From contig JAYWIR010000007.1 in assembly GCA_036172245.1 (NCBI GenBank), positions 682,001 to 746,000 on the forward strand: a stretch of 64,000 nucleotides of DNA, in the 5' to 3' direction. The notes beneath the pieces were generated by a model. The model was given only the letters and a program-made list of their open reading frames with translations. It was not told where the DNA came from and ran no database searches. This document shows, in pieces, positions 13,001 to 25,400 of the stretch. The DNA comes from Raillietiella orientalis (lineage: Eukaryota). Position 1 is the stretch's first letter, and each line of letters begins with the position of its first letter. The translations under genes and the position numbers were made by a program.

Positions 13001-14249
13001 ATCGCGATCGGCGCGCGTGTTCCGGGAATCACCGGTCTTGCGTCCGATAATTTCATCTCAGAAAGGGGAGCGAGGGAGGGAGGGACAAAGAAAGGGAAGG
13101 GGGGAGGGGAGCAAGGGGGACTTCCATCGTGAGGGATCGATTGACTCCGCGATGATTCCCGTGATACGCGGAGCAGCCGCGCATTAGGAAATAGCCACCA
13201 TCCCGGGATACATCCGAAGACTTGTGGCTCTCTACCGGAGGCGAAAGCGATGGACGAAGGAAATCCTTCCTACTTGCGAGAGTACGGATGCTCCATCGAG
13301 GGGGGAAGATCTGAAAGCGCTGGACGGGTCATTCCTCCGGCCAGGTCCGTTTTCCGTAGCCGGCGCGAAGGAGGAGGAGTTTCGGGACGTCGCTTTCCGG
13401 CGGCAGGCCACTGTCGCAGGGAAGAGAAAAGGGATCTCCCGTTAGAGGGATTGGGGGAGGACAGAAGGAAAGGAAGTGAGTCCGAGATAGCCGTAGGTTC
13501 TCTCTAGAAGAACCCCTGCACGAGATGTTTTGGTCTCATTCCGCGAAGTCATCCCGGGAGGAAGCGTCGTCTTCCCTTCTTCGGTCCCAACGCACTGGGA
13601 CTGCGCAGTCGGCGGAGGCGCCCTGTCGCCGCTGGACGCGCCCACCAAGCTGTGGGCGCAGCTCTCGTGCAGACCCCTCCCGCGACCTTCTGGACAGAGG
13701 GGGGGAGATCTTTGATGCGAAGGGATAGAGACCCCTCATCGCTTTCCCCTTCTTCCGTCCCTTTTCCGTGGGAGCGGCTCGGGCTTCTCTCGACCTACTC
13801 ACTCTCCTCCTTAGGGGTACCCCTGAAGCGGGGCGCCATCGCTCCCACATCCAGTCAAGCCGGCTCCTAGCCGGCCTATCCTCTCGAGGGGGACGCAGGA
13901 GGAGAAGCTGCATCCTCCCTCTGGGGCCGAGGCTGAAGCTTTCGAACTGCTTCCTGCCGGTGCTCTATCGCCTACTATTGGGGAGCCGCTCTCGAGTGGG
14001 TCCGCTGGCTCTTCGACTAACCCCGGTCCTCCGGAAGTGCGTTTTGCGACCGCCGTCGCATCTCTTTCTCTTGCACTACTGCCTGTATCTCGGAGAGTGC
14101 GTTTCCTGGGAAACCACACCAAGGGTGGGAGTTACACCCGTACCACCCATGTGTCTCCTTGGGAGTCCACCGGGGCGCGTCGAGGTGGAAGACCGCACGA
14201 TACCTGGTCAAACGAGCCACCGGCTACGCGGGACTGTCTTCATTCCTGG

Positions 14250-15400
14250 CACGGAGCGATGCAACTGCGGGCTGGAGCTACGAAGGGTGGTCCAGCTGAC
14301 CAGGACCAACAACTGGATCTTCTGCCGGCGCGCCAACGGTAGTGCCTGGTTGCAGGAAACCGTTTGCACGTGGATCCAGAAGAACGAAGCGAGCCCGGAG
14401 ATGCCTCAGCGACTGCTGCACTCTTTCCACAACAACCGCTCACTGCAGAACGTCATCGTGCAGCCCACCACGTATGCGTGGGCCCATAAACCTCCCTAGC
14501 TGCAGCACTGTCCTCCCTCGGGGAGCACTTGGGCAGTAACCAGCCAGCCAAATGGAAGGTCCGATGTGAGATCGGAGGAAGGGCGAGGGAATTAAGTGGT
14601 TGGACCACGGACCAGCTCACGAACGCTGCGACTCCAAGTGCCCTACCGAAAGGACTATTGCGCTGGGATGAGCTGCTGGGAATTCTACAGGAACACCTCA
14701 AGTGGGCCCCAGCGCTGAAGAACAACCGGGCCCTCCCCCTGAAATGGCAGGAGTCGGCACTTCTGCTTTTGCACTGGGGTATCCCGTGCAACGTTCTCCA
14801 CTCTCACTGGGCCCGGGAGGCTGTGGACCCCAACTGTTGCAGGTGCGGGGAACGGGAATCCTTCCCGCACCTGCTCGTAGACTATGTTGCCCTCCGGCCC
14901 CTGTGGTTGCGTCCCGCGACGACCCTTGGCGCACCGACGGACAAAACCAGGGACGAGATGGAGCGCCACTTCGTGCGCGATGCCCTTTCGTCTGCTGCAT
15001 CCTCAGCAGCTCTCTGCTGCTGCCTACGAAGGATTGTGGCGGGCTGGAGCCACGCGAGAGGAGGACGGCACGATAGGGACGCCATCTGCTTCTTCCTGAG
15101 CTTCCCGCGCTCCCGCAGCAAAATGGCCCACTGGGGTATACTCGGATGGAACTTGCCGGCATCCTGGAAAGGATGACACCTTCCTAACCCTCTTATTTTA
15201 TTTGCATATAGTGTTATTTTTTGATTTTCTTTTTCTTTTTGTTTGCCCCTTCCCCCTCCGCTGCCGAGGCGAACCTCGCCAGCCTGCTTGCCGGTTACTC
15301 GACAGGTTTCGAGCGTTTTCGGACGTTGTGGGGCCGATGCCCCTACACATGTATGCTTTTTATTTTTTATAATATTTGTTCCGGCGTGACTGTTGATAAA
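14250..15400 (+). mobile_element. L1/Tx1-like non-LTR retrotransposon, 5'-truncated copy C (best-preserved ORF2 C-terminus)
   Basis: ORF 14529-15176 contains LPLKWQESALLLLHWGIPCN...NCCRCGERESFPHLLVDYVALRPLW. Followed by a T-rich 3' UTR and the shared hairpin at 15265-15278. Confidence 0.85.
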
Positions 15401-18247
15401 CCGGGGTGCGTCGGTCCCGGCACGTCGCCCGCTTACGGTATGGAAGTGGCTCTCCCTGCGGCCGCCACCTGTCTTTAACGGCTCGGAACATCAGCAAGAG
15501 TGGGTCCGGAAGTTCAGCTGAGGCCTCCGCGCTCATGGATCTGCGGTCTTCCGGTCACCACATCCGCGGGAGCGCAAGGGACCCGGCTGCGCCTTCCAGC
15601 GTGCATGACCGGAAGGAGAACGGGAGATGGAAGAGAGGCGTTCCTGCCAGAAATCAGAAAGGCGCGGAGGATCTCCGTCCCTCCACCCTCCGATTTCGCC
15701 AGTCCGTTCCCCCCCTTTCCCCCCGAGAGTGCTCCCTGGATTCCAGTCCGCAGTCTGCGCGATCTGGAGCTCCCACAGAGCTGGCGGCTCCTGCCCCTCC
15801 CGAGATGGCCAGGGAGAGAAGGGGCCTCTTCGGAATCCCCCCGCTCCTTCCTGGTGCTCTCCCGCTCACGAGAGGGAGTCCCAAGGAAGGAAATGGGTTG
15901 GGGAAGGATGTGCATCTCAGGCCACAAACGGCCCCGATCCTCTCCTTCGTCAGCTCCTCTCCAGGTCGGAGGAGTCTTTCCCATCGCCGTCTCTTCAGCG
16001 TCTCTCCGCGAAGGCGTCGCCGTCCTTGGGATTGCCGCAGGGCGGAACCCGCTACTTTCCCTCCCCTCCCCTGAGGCCTGGAGCAAGGCCGGGGAGGGCT
16101 GCTACGTCGGTGGCTCTCTTGAAGTGGGGGGGGGGAGGAAGAAAGAGAGTCTTACTCTTGGAAGATGGGAGAATGAGGAGGAAAGGAAGAGGAAAGAAAG
16201 CGGGTCCTCAATATCCGTAGGTTTTCCCGAATCGAGTTCCCTGCCCTAGGTATTCCGGTCTTCTCCAAAGGAGTCATCCCAGGAGGAGGATTAAGCGTCT
16301 TCCCTCCTCCGATTCCAACCCTCGGCTCGCGCATGCCCCTGAGACTGCGGAGAGGCCCGGGGAGGAAGACACGCGCGCACCGACCTCTTACCCCTCCTCA
16401 GCTGGTGGCGGTGGCAACGGCCTGGGGACTTCTCTTCGAACCGCTCTCGTCTCAGCTCCTCCTTTCCTTGGTTCCTTCCCTCCTCTCCCTTCGCCCCATC
16501 CGCCCACTGCGCGACGGTCTGCTCGCCGTCCATTTCTCCGCCCGAAGGTTTGAGTCAAAGATGACCCCCCTTTAGGGACCAGGGAGGGATCTGGACCTTT
16601 TTCAGATCAACGGCCCCACCTGCAAGGAAAACGGGACTCTCAAGCCGGGGGCCCTTTAGGGATTCCACAGGGGTGATCATTCTTCCCTCTCCCTCCCTCC
16701 AAGCGATCTGCCAACACTCCACCGTGGCCGGGATCCTCTTCCGGAATAGCTGCAGCACGGCGCGGGATACTTTGCTGAAGGAAGGAAGGGCAGGAAGGAG
16801 GAATATCGCCTTTCTTCCCGGCCGTTCCGTATCCCCTGACCTCCCAGCCCGCCACCGACCGTTGCCAATTGCAGGGGAGACCACTTGTCGGTGCTCCAAG
16901 TGGGGAGAGATCGCCATCCCAGACGGGATTCTGACTCCTCTCCCGCTCCTTGAGCACGCCTGGAAACCCCTCTGCATCCTCGGGAGGAGCCTCTGAGAGG
17001 CCTGAGACTGCTCCCAGGGAGTGTCTCCTTGAGCTCGTTCGGGAATCGGGGACTCGGAACGTTATCCCTGTAACCCGCCACCCTCCGCCCCCTCCGGAAA
17101 GGGGCACTCAAGCTCTCCCATGGAGGGGTTGGAACAAAAGAGATTGGGGAGGTCGCAGCTTATGGGGCTGGGGGAGTGGAACGGTGGGGCGCACAGCCGG
17201 GAAGCAGCATGAAGGGAAGGATAAGGAAAGATAGAGAAGAGGAGGGGAGCGCGCGCCCTGTGGGAGAGCCACCTTCGCCGCTGAGGGCGCCTGTCTTTTT
17301 TACACAAAAGAATAGCCAGACAAGATCGCTCCTTCCTCGTCCAGGGACTCCCTCCTGACCTTCTCCCCATTTTCTTCCTCTCCGGGAAGTGTGGCTTGTG
17401 GCATCCGCGTGGGTCGCCTCACCCTCTCCACTGCGCCCTTCTCCCGGTCGCTTTTGTTCATCGCCGCCCCCCCGAGAGAGGAACGAGGGGAGCTTCCTCG
17501 CGCCCTCAAGGGATCCAGTCGTCAAAGTCTGTCCCCCCACCCCTCTTTCTGATCCGGGATCTTCAGGGCGTGTGTCGCTATCGCGCCTCCTCTTTGTTCC
17601 TCCACGAGTCCTTAGCATCAGTCAGCACGAGGGTGGAAAGGATCTACATCTCCACTTGCTGCCTTCACCTTGGATACCTCCTTCTCTTTGTTGGAAACGG
17701 CCTTGTTTCCCGGAGTCTCCCGGGAAAGGAGCGGCGACCTTTTCTTTGAGGGAACAGAAGACACGGGAGCGTTCCCATCTGTCTGCCATGTTCTCCGCCC
17801 GCCCACCTCATCCGTCTTGCTGTTTCTCAGCCTTTAGAGTTCTCCTCTGATAAAGGATCCCCATTCCCTCTGGAGGCATTTTCACCCGATCCCGGCTCGC
17901 CATGCTTCGGTTTCTCCTTCCCACTGCGTAGAGCTGCCTGGCTGGAGCCTGCTTTGCGGGAGGAGGTGAAGATCCCTGCTTGCAGAGCAGAGAGCTCTTG
18001 TAGGGACTGCCTGGAACCTCCGGCGGCATAACGGGAGCTTCGCGGGAAACCAATGGCATGGAGAAATGCTCAAGGGTGAGCTGGGGAGGATGGGAAGTCG
18101 AAGTGCGGGGAGGGGGGGAAGAAATTTGTCCATAGGCGCTTCCGCTACGCCAAGCTCCGCGTCCTGCGGGAGAACCGCGCGGGTCGAACGACCTCCCGCG
18201 TCATTTTTCCCTCTTCTTTCAGAAAAGAAGCGCACTTGCGCGCTCAC

Positions 18248-18253
18248 TTTATT
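18248..18253 (-). promoter_or_regulatory. Probable polyadenylation signal (AATAAA) of the GPCR gene
   Basis: tttatt on the + strand is AATAAA on the - strand, about 125 nt downstream of the GPCR stop, in otherwise GC-rich DNA. Confidence 0.55.
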
Positions 18254-18376
18254 ACATGACGCTTCGAGTAGAGGGAGGAGGAAAACGGAAGAGGAGGAGG
18301 AGGAGGTTGACGACGGCCCCGGGAACAGGCGCCACCATCTCCCTGAGAGTCTTGGGACTCCCCCCCCTCACCGCCG

Positions 18377-19411
18377 CTACATCCTCCACGCACAGCAGAA
18401 GGCCTTCTTGAACTCCTTGCGGTACTGGCTGCTCATGCTGCAGTAGAGGAGGACGTTGATGGCCGTGTTGACGAGCGCCAGGATGTCGACGATCTCGTCG
18501 AAGGGCCTCACACACTCCCTGTAGAACGTGTCCTCCAGGAAGGCACTGACCAGGGACAGGATGCCCTGAGGGACCTCGGTGATGAGGAAGAGGGACAGAA
18601 CGGAGAAGAGCATGACATTGGTGGCATCTCTGGACTGGTGGTGGTGGACAACCACGTGCTTCCTCCTGGTTCCACCCGCGCTGGAGGATTCGGAGACCTC
18701 GCTGCAGGGGCAGACGAGCGACTCGCGCCTCTTCTTGGCCAGGTAGACCGTATGGATGAGGCACACGACGATGACCGTGAGGATGGCGCAGGGGACCAGC
18801 TTGACCAGCACACCGTATATCCAGAAGTGAACGCTCTTCATGAGCTCGTTGTCGCTCATGCCGCTCACGATGTACACAGACGCGTTGCCGGAGGTGTAGT
18901 GAGGCTCGATGTGGAGGGACAGGAAGATGGGGAGGCACAGGAAAGGGGACAGCAGGTAAACGGCGCCGATGGCCGCCAGGGCCCGAGTCTGGCTGCACCA
19001 GCTCTTGTTCTTCGAAGGGAACCGGATGTAGAGCCATCTCCAGGCCGCCAGCGTGACGGTGATCCAGATGGAGATGGTGTGGAATATCTGGCCGAAGGTG
19101 GCGTGGAACATCACGAAGTGCGCCCAGGGGTAGGTATACTTTTCGGCCACGTCGTCATGGTGCAGCACGTACTCGTGCACCGTGTACGGCACGTACTCGG
19201 CCATCACCAAGCAGTCGGACACTGCCATGGCGATGAGGATGGTGTTGGTGGACGAGCGCATGGACTTCCTCCTCAGAATGGAGGCGTTGATCACGTTGTT
19301 CAGCAGCCCAAACAGGCAGACGGACAGGCTGACGTACCCGTAGACCGACCGGAAGCGGTTCCTGAACGCGGCGAAGCTCTCGCCGCAGAAGATGAACTTC
19401 TCTTTCGTCAT
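18377..19411 (-). CDS. Intronless rhodopsin-like (class A) neuropeptide GPCR, myosuppressin receptor / DMSR (dmsr-1-like) family, 344 aa
   Basis: Uninterrupted ATG-to-TAG ORF with strong GC3 bias and seven hydrophobic segments. Family-typical motifs: N-terminal FCG, YGYVSLSVCLFG (TM1), TNTILIAMAVSD (TM2), YTYPWAHFVMFHATFGQIFHTISIWITVTLAAWRW (TM3), FWIYGVLVKLVPC (TM5), MLFSVLSLFLITEVPQGIL (TM6), DILALVNTAINVLLYCSMSSQYR (TM7/helix 8). An in-frame TGA lies 10 codons upstream of the ATG. Orthology versus paralogy cannot be settled by eye. Confidence 0.93.
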   Translation of the reverse strand: MTKEKFIFCGESFAAFRNRFRSVYGYVSLSVCLFGLLNNVINASILRRKSMRSSTNTILIAMAVSDCLVMAEYVPYTVHEYVLHHDDVAEKYTYPWAHFVMFHATFGQIFHTISIWITVTLAAWRWLYIRFPSKNKSWCSQTRALAAIGAVYLLSPFLCLPIFLSLHIEPHYTSGNASVYIVSGMSDNELMKSVHFWIYGVLVKLVPCAILTVIVVCLIHTVYLAKKRRESLVCPCSEVSESSSAGGTRRKHVVVHHHQSRDATNVMLFSVLSLFLITEVPQGILSLVSAFLEDTFYRECVRPFDEIVDILALVNTAINVLLYCSMSSQYRKEFKKAFCCAWRM

Positions 19412-22400
19412 AACGACGGCGGCGGAGGGGCGGCAGCCTCACCACAGCTCAAGGACGCATCGTGCTTTCCGGGAAGACTGCGGCGGGGCGGTGGAGAAGG
19501 CGCTGGGGTGTCGTGGGTGCGGGGCGAGGTGGGCTCTTGTTCCTCTCCCCTCCGCCTCTCTCCCTTCCTCGCTGCTCCCCTTCCTTCCTTTTCTTGCTCG
19601 CTGATCTTCCGCCGGTTCGCACCAGCACGGAAGCCCTGTCGCTCTCGGGGCGGGGCGGGACGGAGAGGGGAGGGGAGGGGAGGGAGGGAAGATCTAGGTC
19701 CGGACGGTTGCCGCCTTTGTCCTCCCGTCCTCAGTTTCGTGCTGCGGAGGCATGGAAAAGAGAGATGGCGGTCAGCACGAGGGCAGTCCCACGCGCAGCG
19801 CCGTCATCGCCATGTCGAGTCCGCTCGGGGGTGTACGTCACCTGCCCGGGAAGGGAATGGGTCGTCGTGCACCCCAAGAAGTAGGAAGTGGGAACCGGGA
19901 AAAGTCGAAGAGAGGAGGGTAGGTCTCCTTTCGGGTCTGATGTCTCACTTCCCGCTTTTATCTTCCTTCTCCTCTTCCTGTCCCAGGGCACCGCAGGATG
20001 CTGCCGCCACGAGCGCGAGCCACCCCCTTCAGAGGAGAGCGGACGCAGTGAAATTTCGCCTCCCGCCCGCCTCCTCTCCCGAAGGACACGACTTCCCTCA
20101 AGTGGCGACGGGTATGCGAACAGGATGTGAGGGATCATCTCCCAGTTCTCCCGTCACACGCGGTCGAACCCTCGCCGACCACCGGGAGCAGGAGTTTTCG
20201 TGTGGTCCTCTTGGTGCTCTCTCATGGCTCTCTTATCGATGCCAACACCAGCTGGCGTTTGACCCATCACCTCCCTCTTGCTCCCTTCCCCCCTCCCGAC
20301 ACTGGCGCATGTACACTTCCCTGGATCAGGGGTCACCTCGAGTTGACCTTCACAGAGCCCTGTGCAACCGGCTCCGTTCCTCTCCTCCTTCATGTGTCCT
20401 TCCAGGTAAAACGGGGACGCGGGAAGCTTTCCGAGTTTCCTATTCCTTCAGGAAAAGGAGGCGAACCCTTCTCCGATCCAGGTCGAACCTTCCCCCACCC
20501 TCTCTCCCTACTAGGACTCGGCGACGCTCAGGGGTCAGACCAAGCTAGGAGACGGCCAAAGCCGGATGTTGGAGTCCCCAGGGTGATCACCGAAGGGCGA
20601 AGAGCAGGAAGGGGAAGAAGGACGCGATGCTCATCCTGCGCGTGGGGCACAACTGCTTCCTCCTCTTTCCTTGCCCTCCCTTCGCCGCCACCGCTGCTGT
20701 CATGCTGTGGGGTGACATGTGGTGAAAAGGGGAAGGGCTGACCTCATGTCTTGAAGGCTAACGAAGTTCCACAGCGCTTCTCCTGCTTGGATCCCTTAGA
20801 CTTCCCCAGCCCTACCCCGAGGCTTCCTCTAGGGGTGGCGGTGACGCGGCACCCCTTCCTTTCCGCCCCATAGTGAGGAGCCGCCGCGCGTCAGCTGGGT
20901 CTCCCACCCGAGGACTCCAGAGAGCAAAGGGACACCTCCGTGGCTCTCCCTCTCTATCCCCCCCCCCCTCTGCGCGTCTCCTGGTCGCCCATGCGAAGGA
21001 GGTCGAAGACTACTGGGACTGCCCCTCTCTGCCTTCCCTACTGCCTCAGCACGTGTGCCGGCGCGCCCCTTTCCTGATGTCGGGAGCAGCCGCATCCCAC
21101 GGGAGGAAGAAGGCCGGTGGAAAGGGAGCACCGATAATTCTCCCCTCCTCCTCATCTCCAGCTTGAGATCGAGATCAAGCCTCGAGCCAGCGCGCATCTC
21201 CCCACGACCGAGGATGCGAGTCGGAAGGTCCAAACATGACCCTCCGGCTCCTGGCAGCCGCCCGCTCCTTTTCCCCTTCCGTGTTTCCCATAGGGACCAC
21301 CCCGCTTCCCTCCTTCCGAGTTCACTGGGGCTCCTTCTACCTCCGGGGAGTCCTAGAGGATTTCTTCAGAGTGATCTTCTCCCCGAAACCCTCCTGACGT
21401 CTGCAGGTGGGGCTTCCCTCTGCGCCTGAAGAGTGGGGCGCGGTGCCTCGAGATGGCTAAGAGACCACCCCGCACAGACGTGCCGGAAGTATGGACCGCC
21501 CTATCCCTTCTAGTGAAACCGCTTTGGCGTCTCCGGAGCCCCGCGGAGGGGTCAGCATGCCTCCCGATCTTGGGAAGGCCTCACCGCCCTGGAAGCGTGG
21601 CCACTGTCGCCGCCCTGAGGCGGTTGCCGATATCCTCTCTCCACCTGGCTCCCTCGTTTGGTAGAGGAGGGAAGGAGGAGAGGAAGGGCGTCGGCCCCGG
21701 TCTCATTGAGGGTGGAGGGGATCTGGTGCCCTCCGCTCGATTGGCTCAGAGCTCTAAGGCGTTTTCCTTGGCTATCCGCTCGTCTTCCCGCTGCTTGCCT
21801 TCGTCCCCTCCCTGGGAGAACGGCTGCTCCCTCTCCCCCCTCTCCTCGGTCCCGGTTCGTCCCATATCGCACCCCCGATTAACGGATCCTTTTCGGATCC
21901 CGCGGGAAGAGTCGGCGAAAGCCCCTTGTTCCCTCGAATGGACGCTCCCTCGGAGCCTCCTCCTCCCTGAGGGAACCGCTGAAGCAGCACACTACCACTC
22001 GAAGCCCGACAAGGGGAAAAAAAGAGAGGGTTGTTGGACGGGGTGGCGAGGCACTCACAACGAGGCAGGCTCCGCCCTTCGAGCCGGCGCAGGATGGGGT
22101 GCGCGTCCTCTCCCCCCCTCCGCCTGTTTCTTCCCTTTTCCCCTCCCTCACGAACCGTGTCGTGACCCACTGACCTTGCTGTCGCCTCTCGCTTCCAGGA
22201 GAGGGAGGAGTAGGAAGGTGGGGCGTCGTCCCTCCTCGGAGCTGGGAGGAGGGATCTGGGAGGGTCCGGGTTCCCCACACGGAAGGACTCCTGAAGATGG
22301 CAGAGCTCACAGGCGAGCCTTCTTCCCCGGCGCCGCGAGGGCCGGGAGCGAGGGAGAGAGCGGAGGAGCGGGGCAAGGGGGAGGCGCGCTTGGAGGTTCC

Positions 22401-25400
22401 ACGCGCTGAAACGACCCCCTTCCGCTCTCGCGTCGACAGCGGATCCGGTTGCGGCCCGTCACGTGACGGCTTCCACCGCCCGCTGCCGCGCGATTAGCTG
22501 GAGCTGCCCGGCCGCAGCCGTCGCGTGCCCTGGTGTTGGGGAGAGCGCGAGGCTGCAGACACCCTCCCTGAAGGCTCGCCACCAAGGTGACGCACGATCT
22601 CTGCGATGCAGCATCCTGAAACTGGGATCGCCTGGAGACCGGCTCAGGGATTGCAGGGGGGGGGGGGTGAGGGCAGGGCAGGAGCACAGCAAGAAGCCAC
22701 AATGCTCCGCGCTTCGGCGCCTCGGGGTTTCGCTGAAGGATTCCACACGGGGATAAAAGGTCACGAGTGACCGGGTCGAGAGGTCCTTTTCTCCCGCTCC
22801 ATCCTTCTTTCCCCATCCCTTGGGACCGACACGAGGTGGCTACTGTCCTGCAGTCGCGAGATCCCAAAGGAAAGGGGGTGGGAGGGAGGGGGCTGCTGAC
22901 CTCCTTCAAGGTGGCGGCTGTCCGGGAGAGATTCCCCCCTGGCACTCCGGAAAAAGCGCATTCCAGGATGAGCGCCTGCGACATGGTAGCTCCCGCGCAT
23001 CTTGCGCATGTGTGGAGAGTTCCAGGAGGGAGTCCACCGAGGTTTGAGGTCCGGAAAGACGTCCTGAGAAGTAGGAAGAGGTGTCGTGAGGGAAGGGGTG
23101 GTGATGGAAAGGAAGGAGTGAGAAGAGGTCAACTGCCTTGCTCGCTGCTCGGAACACTTGCGCCCTCGAGGTGGATGGGGAAGGGGAGGAAGGGGTGCTG
23201 CGAACTCGAGAGCGCCCTCGCCCGTCCCGAGGACCTCATCCCATGAGTCCTCGGTATCGTCTCCCTCCCCGTCTCCCTTTCCTCTTCCTCGGCGAAGGCG
23301 GAATGCTATAAGGGGCAACTCTTGGTACTCACCGGGATTCGCAGTGGCCCGGTGGCGCGTGGACGGCGGCGCGTGGATGGACAGAATCCTCCCAGCTGCG
23401 CGGCAGCCGGCTTGCCGGTCCGAACTGCGAGCGGCAGCGGCCGTGGCGAGAGAGGGAATCCGTCGGCAGTCTGCGCGCGCACAGAGAAGGTTCGCGCTCA
23501 TCATCCCGGAACAGATGTTCCTCGAAGGGGATAATGGACACGCTCACCCCACACAAACGCGCGCAGAGCACGCTTCACTAGCACGCAGGTGAGAGCGCAC
23601 CCGCCTAAGGATGCTTCATGCGTCCACAGGCTCAAGCGTGAGCCCTCCTCCTTATCCGGTAAGCCGTGGGCATGTGAGCGTGTACGCGTGCACGCTCGAC
23701 ACGCTCTCCCTCGGACTCGATAAGCTGTTGCATGCTTGGGGCGTGACTTGTTACACCAGGAGCACGTGATTTGGCAACTCCTCCTCAAAGTTCTCACTCC
23801 TGCGTTCGGTGGGCGTCTTTCCCTCGGGATATTCCTGTAAAGGAGAAAGGAGATGGAGGTTCTCACCCCCTGACGGCAGTAGCCTGAGATGTGGGGCTAT
23901 GGACTGGGCCGCGCGCCGAATTTTCTCTGAGCACGTGGTCGCAGCACCCCACGCCTGCCGGTGGGGGTGTGCAGGGAGGGGACTGGGTCGTGCAACAGCG
24001 CACTTCGGGAGGGATTCGGCTCGGAGTAGCTCCTCGCAAGGAAAGGGGGTCGCGGGAAGCGACCTCCGCGTAGGTGGGAAGGAGCCTTTCAGAGACACGT
24101 GGATCTCCTTCGAGCTGCAGCGCAGAGCTTGCGTTCGCAGCATGGCGTTGAGTCCCCTCGTCCCTCTCCCTCGGTTCCGTCCTGCTTGGCTGGTCACCCT
24201 TCGGCGAATGCCAGCGGTAACCCATTTTGGACTCTTTTGGGAGTGTGGTCGGAGGAGCATTGCCTCGAACAGAGCGCTTTCGATTGGGGAGACTTACGGA
24301 TGGGAAGAGGCTGTACGACCCTTCTCTGGGGGGTCATCTTCTTGCTCTCCCCTTGCTGCGGGGTGCCGGCGCTGTCGAGGGCATGGAGCAAAGACCTCGA
24401 GCCTCGTGCCTATCGGCGGAAGGAGCTACAATTCGCTTCCCTTGTCCTCAGTGTACCTGTTGAAATGACCTTCGCATGCCTCGGATGTTCAGAGAAAGAG
24501 AGCAGGCTCTCCTGGGGCGTCGTGCTCCTTCCCAAGAGGAAGAGGAGTCGCCCTACGGGTTCCACTCTCTTTCATGCGTCCGCTTTCGGTCCTCCTCAGC
24601 CTGGAGCAGCCTAGGGTGGTCACTTCAGGGGTAGCGAGAGGGCCATCCAGGAAGCTCAGGAGGAGGTTGGAAGATGCTCATGGCGGGGCGATATCGGTTA
24701 CGGGTAGTCATGGCTACCACGAATCTCCGTGCTGCGCGTTCTCCTGTATTTTGTTTTACCCGGAACGCATGGCGCAGCGAGTAGACATGGTGGTTCCGGA
24801 GGCACTGATATGAGTGGTCCACGCAGACCCTGCGTTGCTCTCGAGACTTAGCGCCACAGGCGGACGGCGATGCTGCCAGGAACCTGACTGACTTCCGAAA
24901 ACCCACCTAGCGCAAGAAAGGGAGAAGGGAGGGTGTGGAGCATGGGGGTCGAACCGTGAGGGATGCGCAAGAAAAGCGAGGGAGGGAGGCGCACTCCTCT
25001 CATCCCCTTGACGAAGAAAGAAAAAAGGGATGCGGAGGGTGGATAGAGCTGCTTCCGCGAGATGCCGGAAAGAGTGGGAAAGCTGCAGAGGGAGGGATTG
25101 AAAAGAGCCTGGACTGACCGTCGTAGGTCTCTTGTCGCGTTCCCACTGCGGGAACCTGACTGTCCCTTCGGTGCTGCAGTAACGGCATCGGGCTGCGCGC
25201 GTGCGCGGTCCCCGTGTTGGGTAGAGGTGGAAGAGGGAGGAAAGATGGATGTTCAGAGACACGCAAGGATGCTGAGGTCTGCTCCACTCCCCGAGTGGGA
25301 ACGCTTGATCTCACGGATTTCCGTCAGGGACATCCGATCTGACGCTACGGATCCTCGAGAGCGACCTATACGCTGCTGCTGCTGCCCGCCCCCTCGCGAA

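Noticed and set aside
13044..13058. 15-mer ccgataatttcatct repeated at 44151-44165, in TAAT-rich patches
   Set aside because: One or two exact 15-mer matches are expected by chance in 64 kb, and the flanks do not align.
18638..20548. 636-aa plus-strand ORF
   Set aside because: Antisense shadow of the GC3-rich GPCR extended into low-complexity GC-rich DNA; no domain signal.
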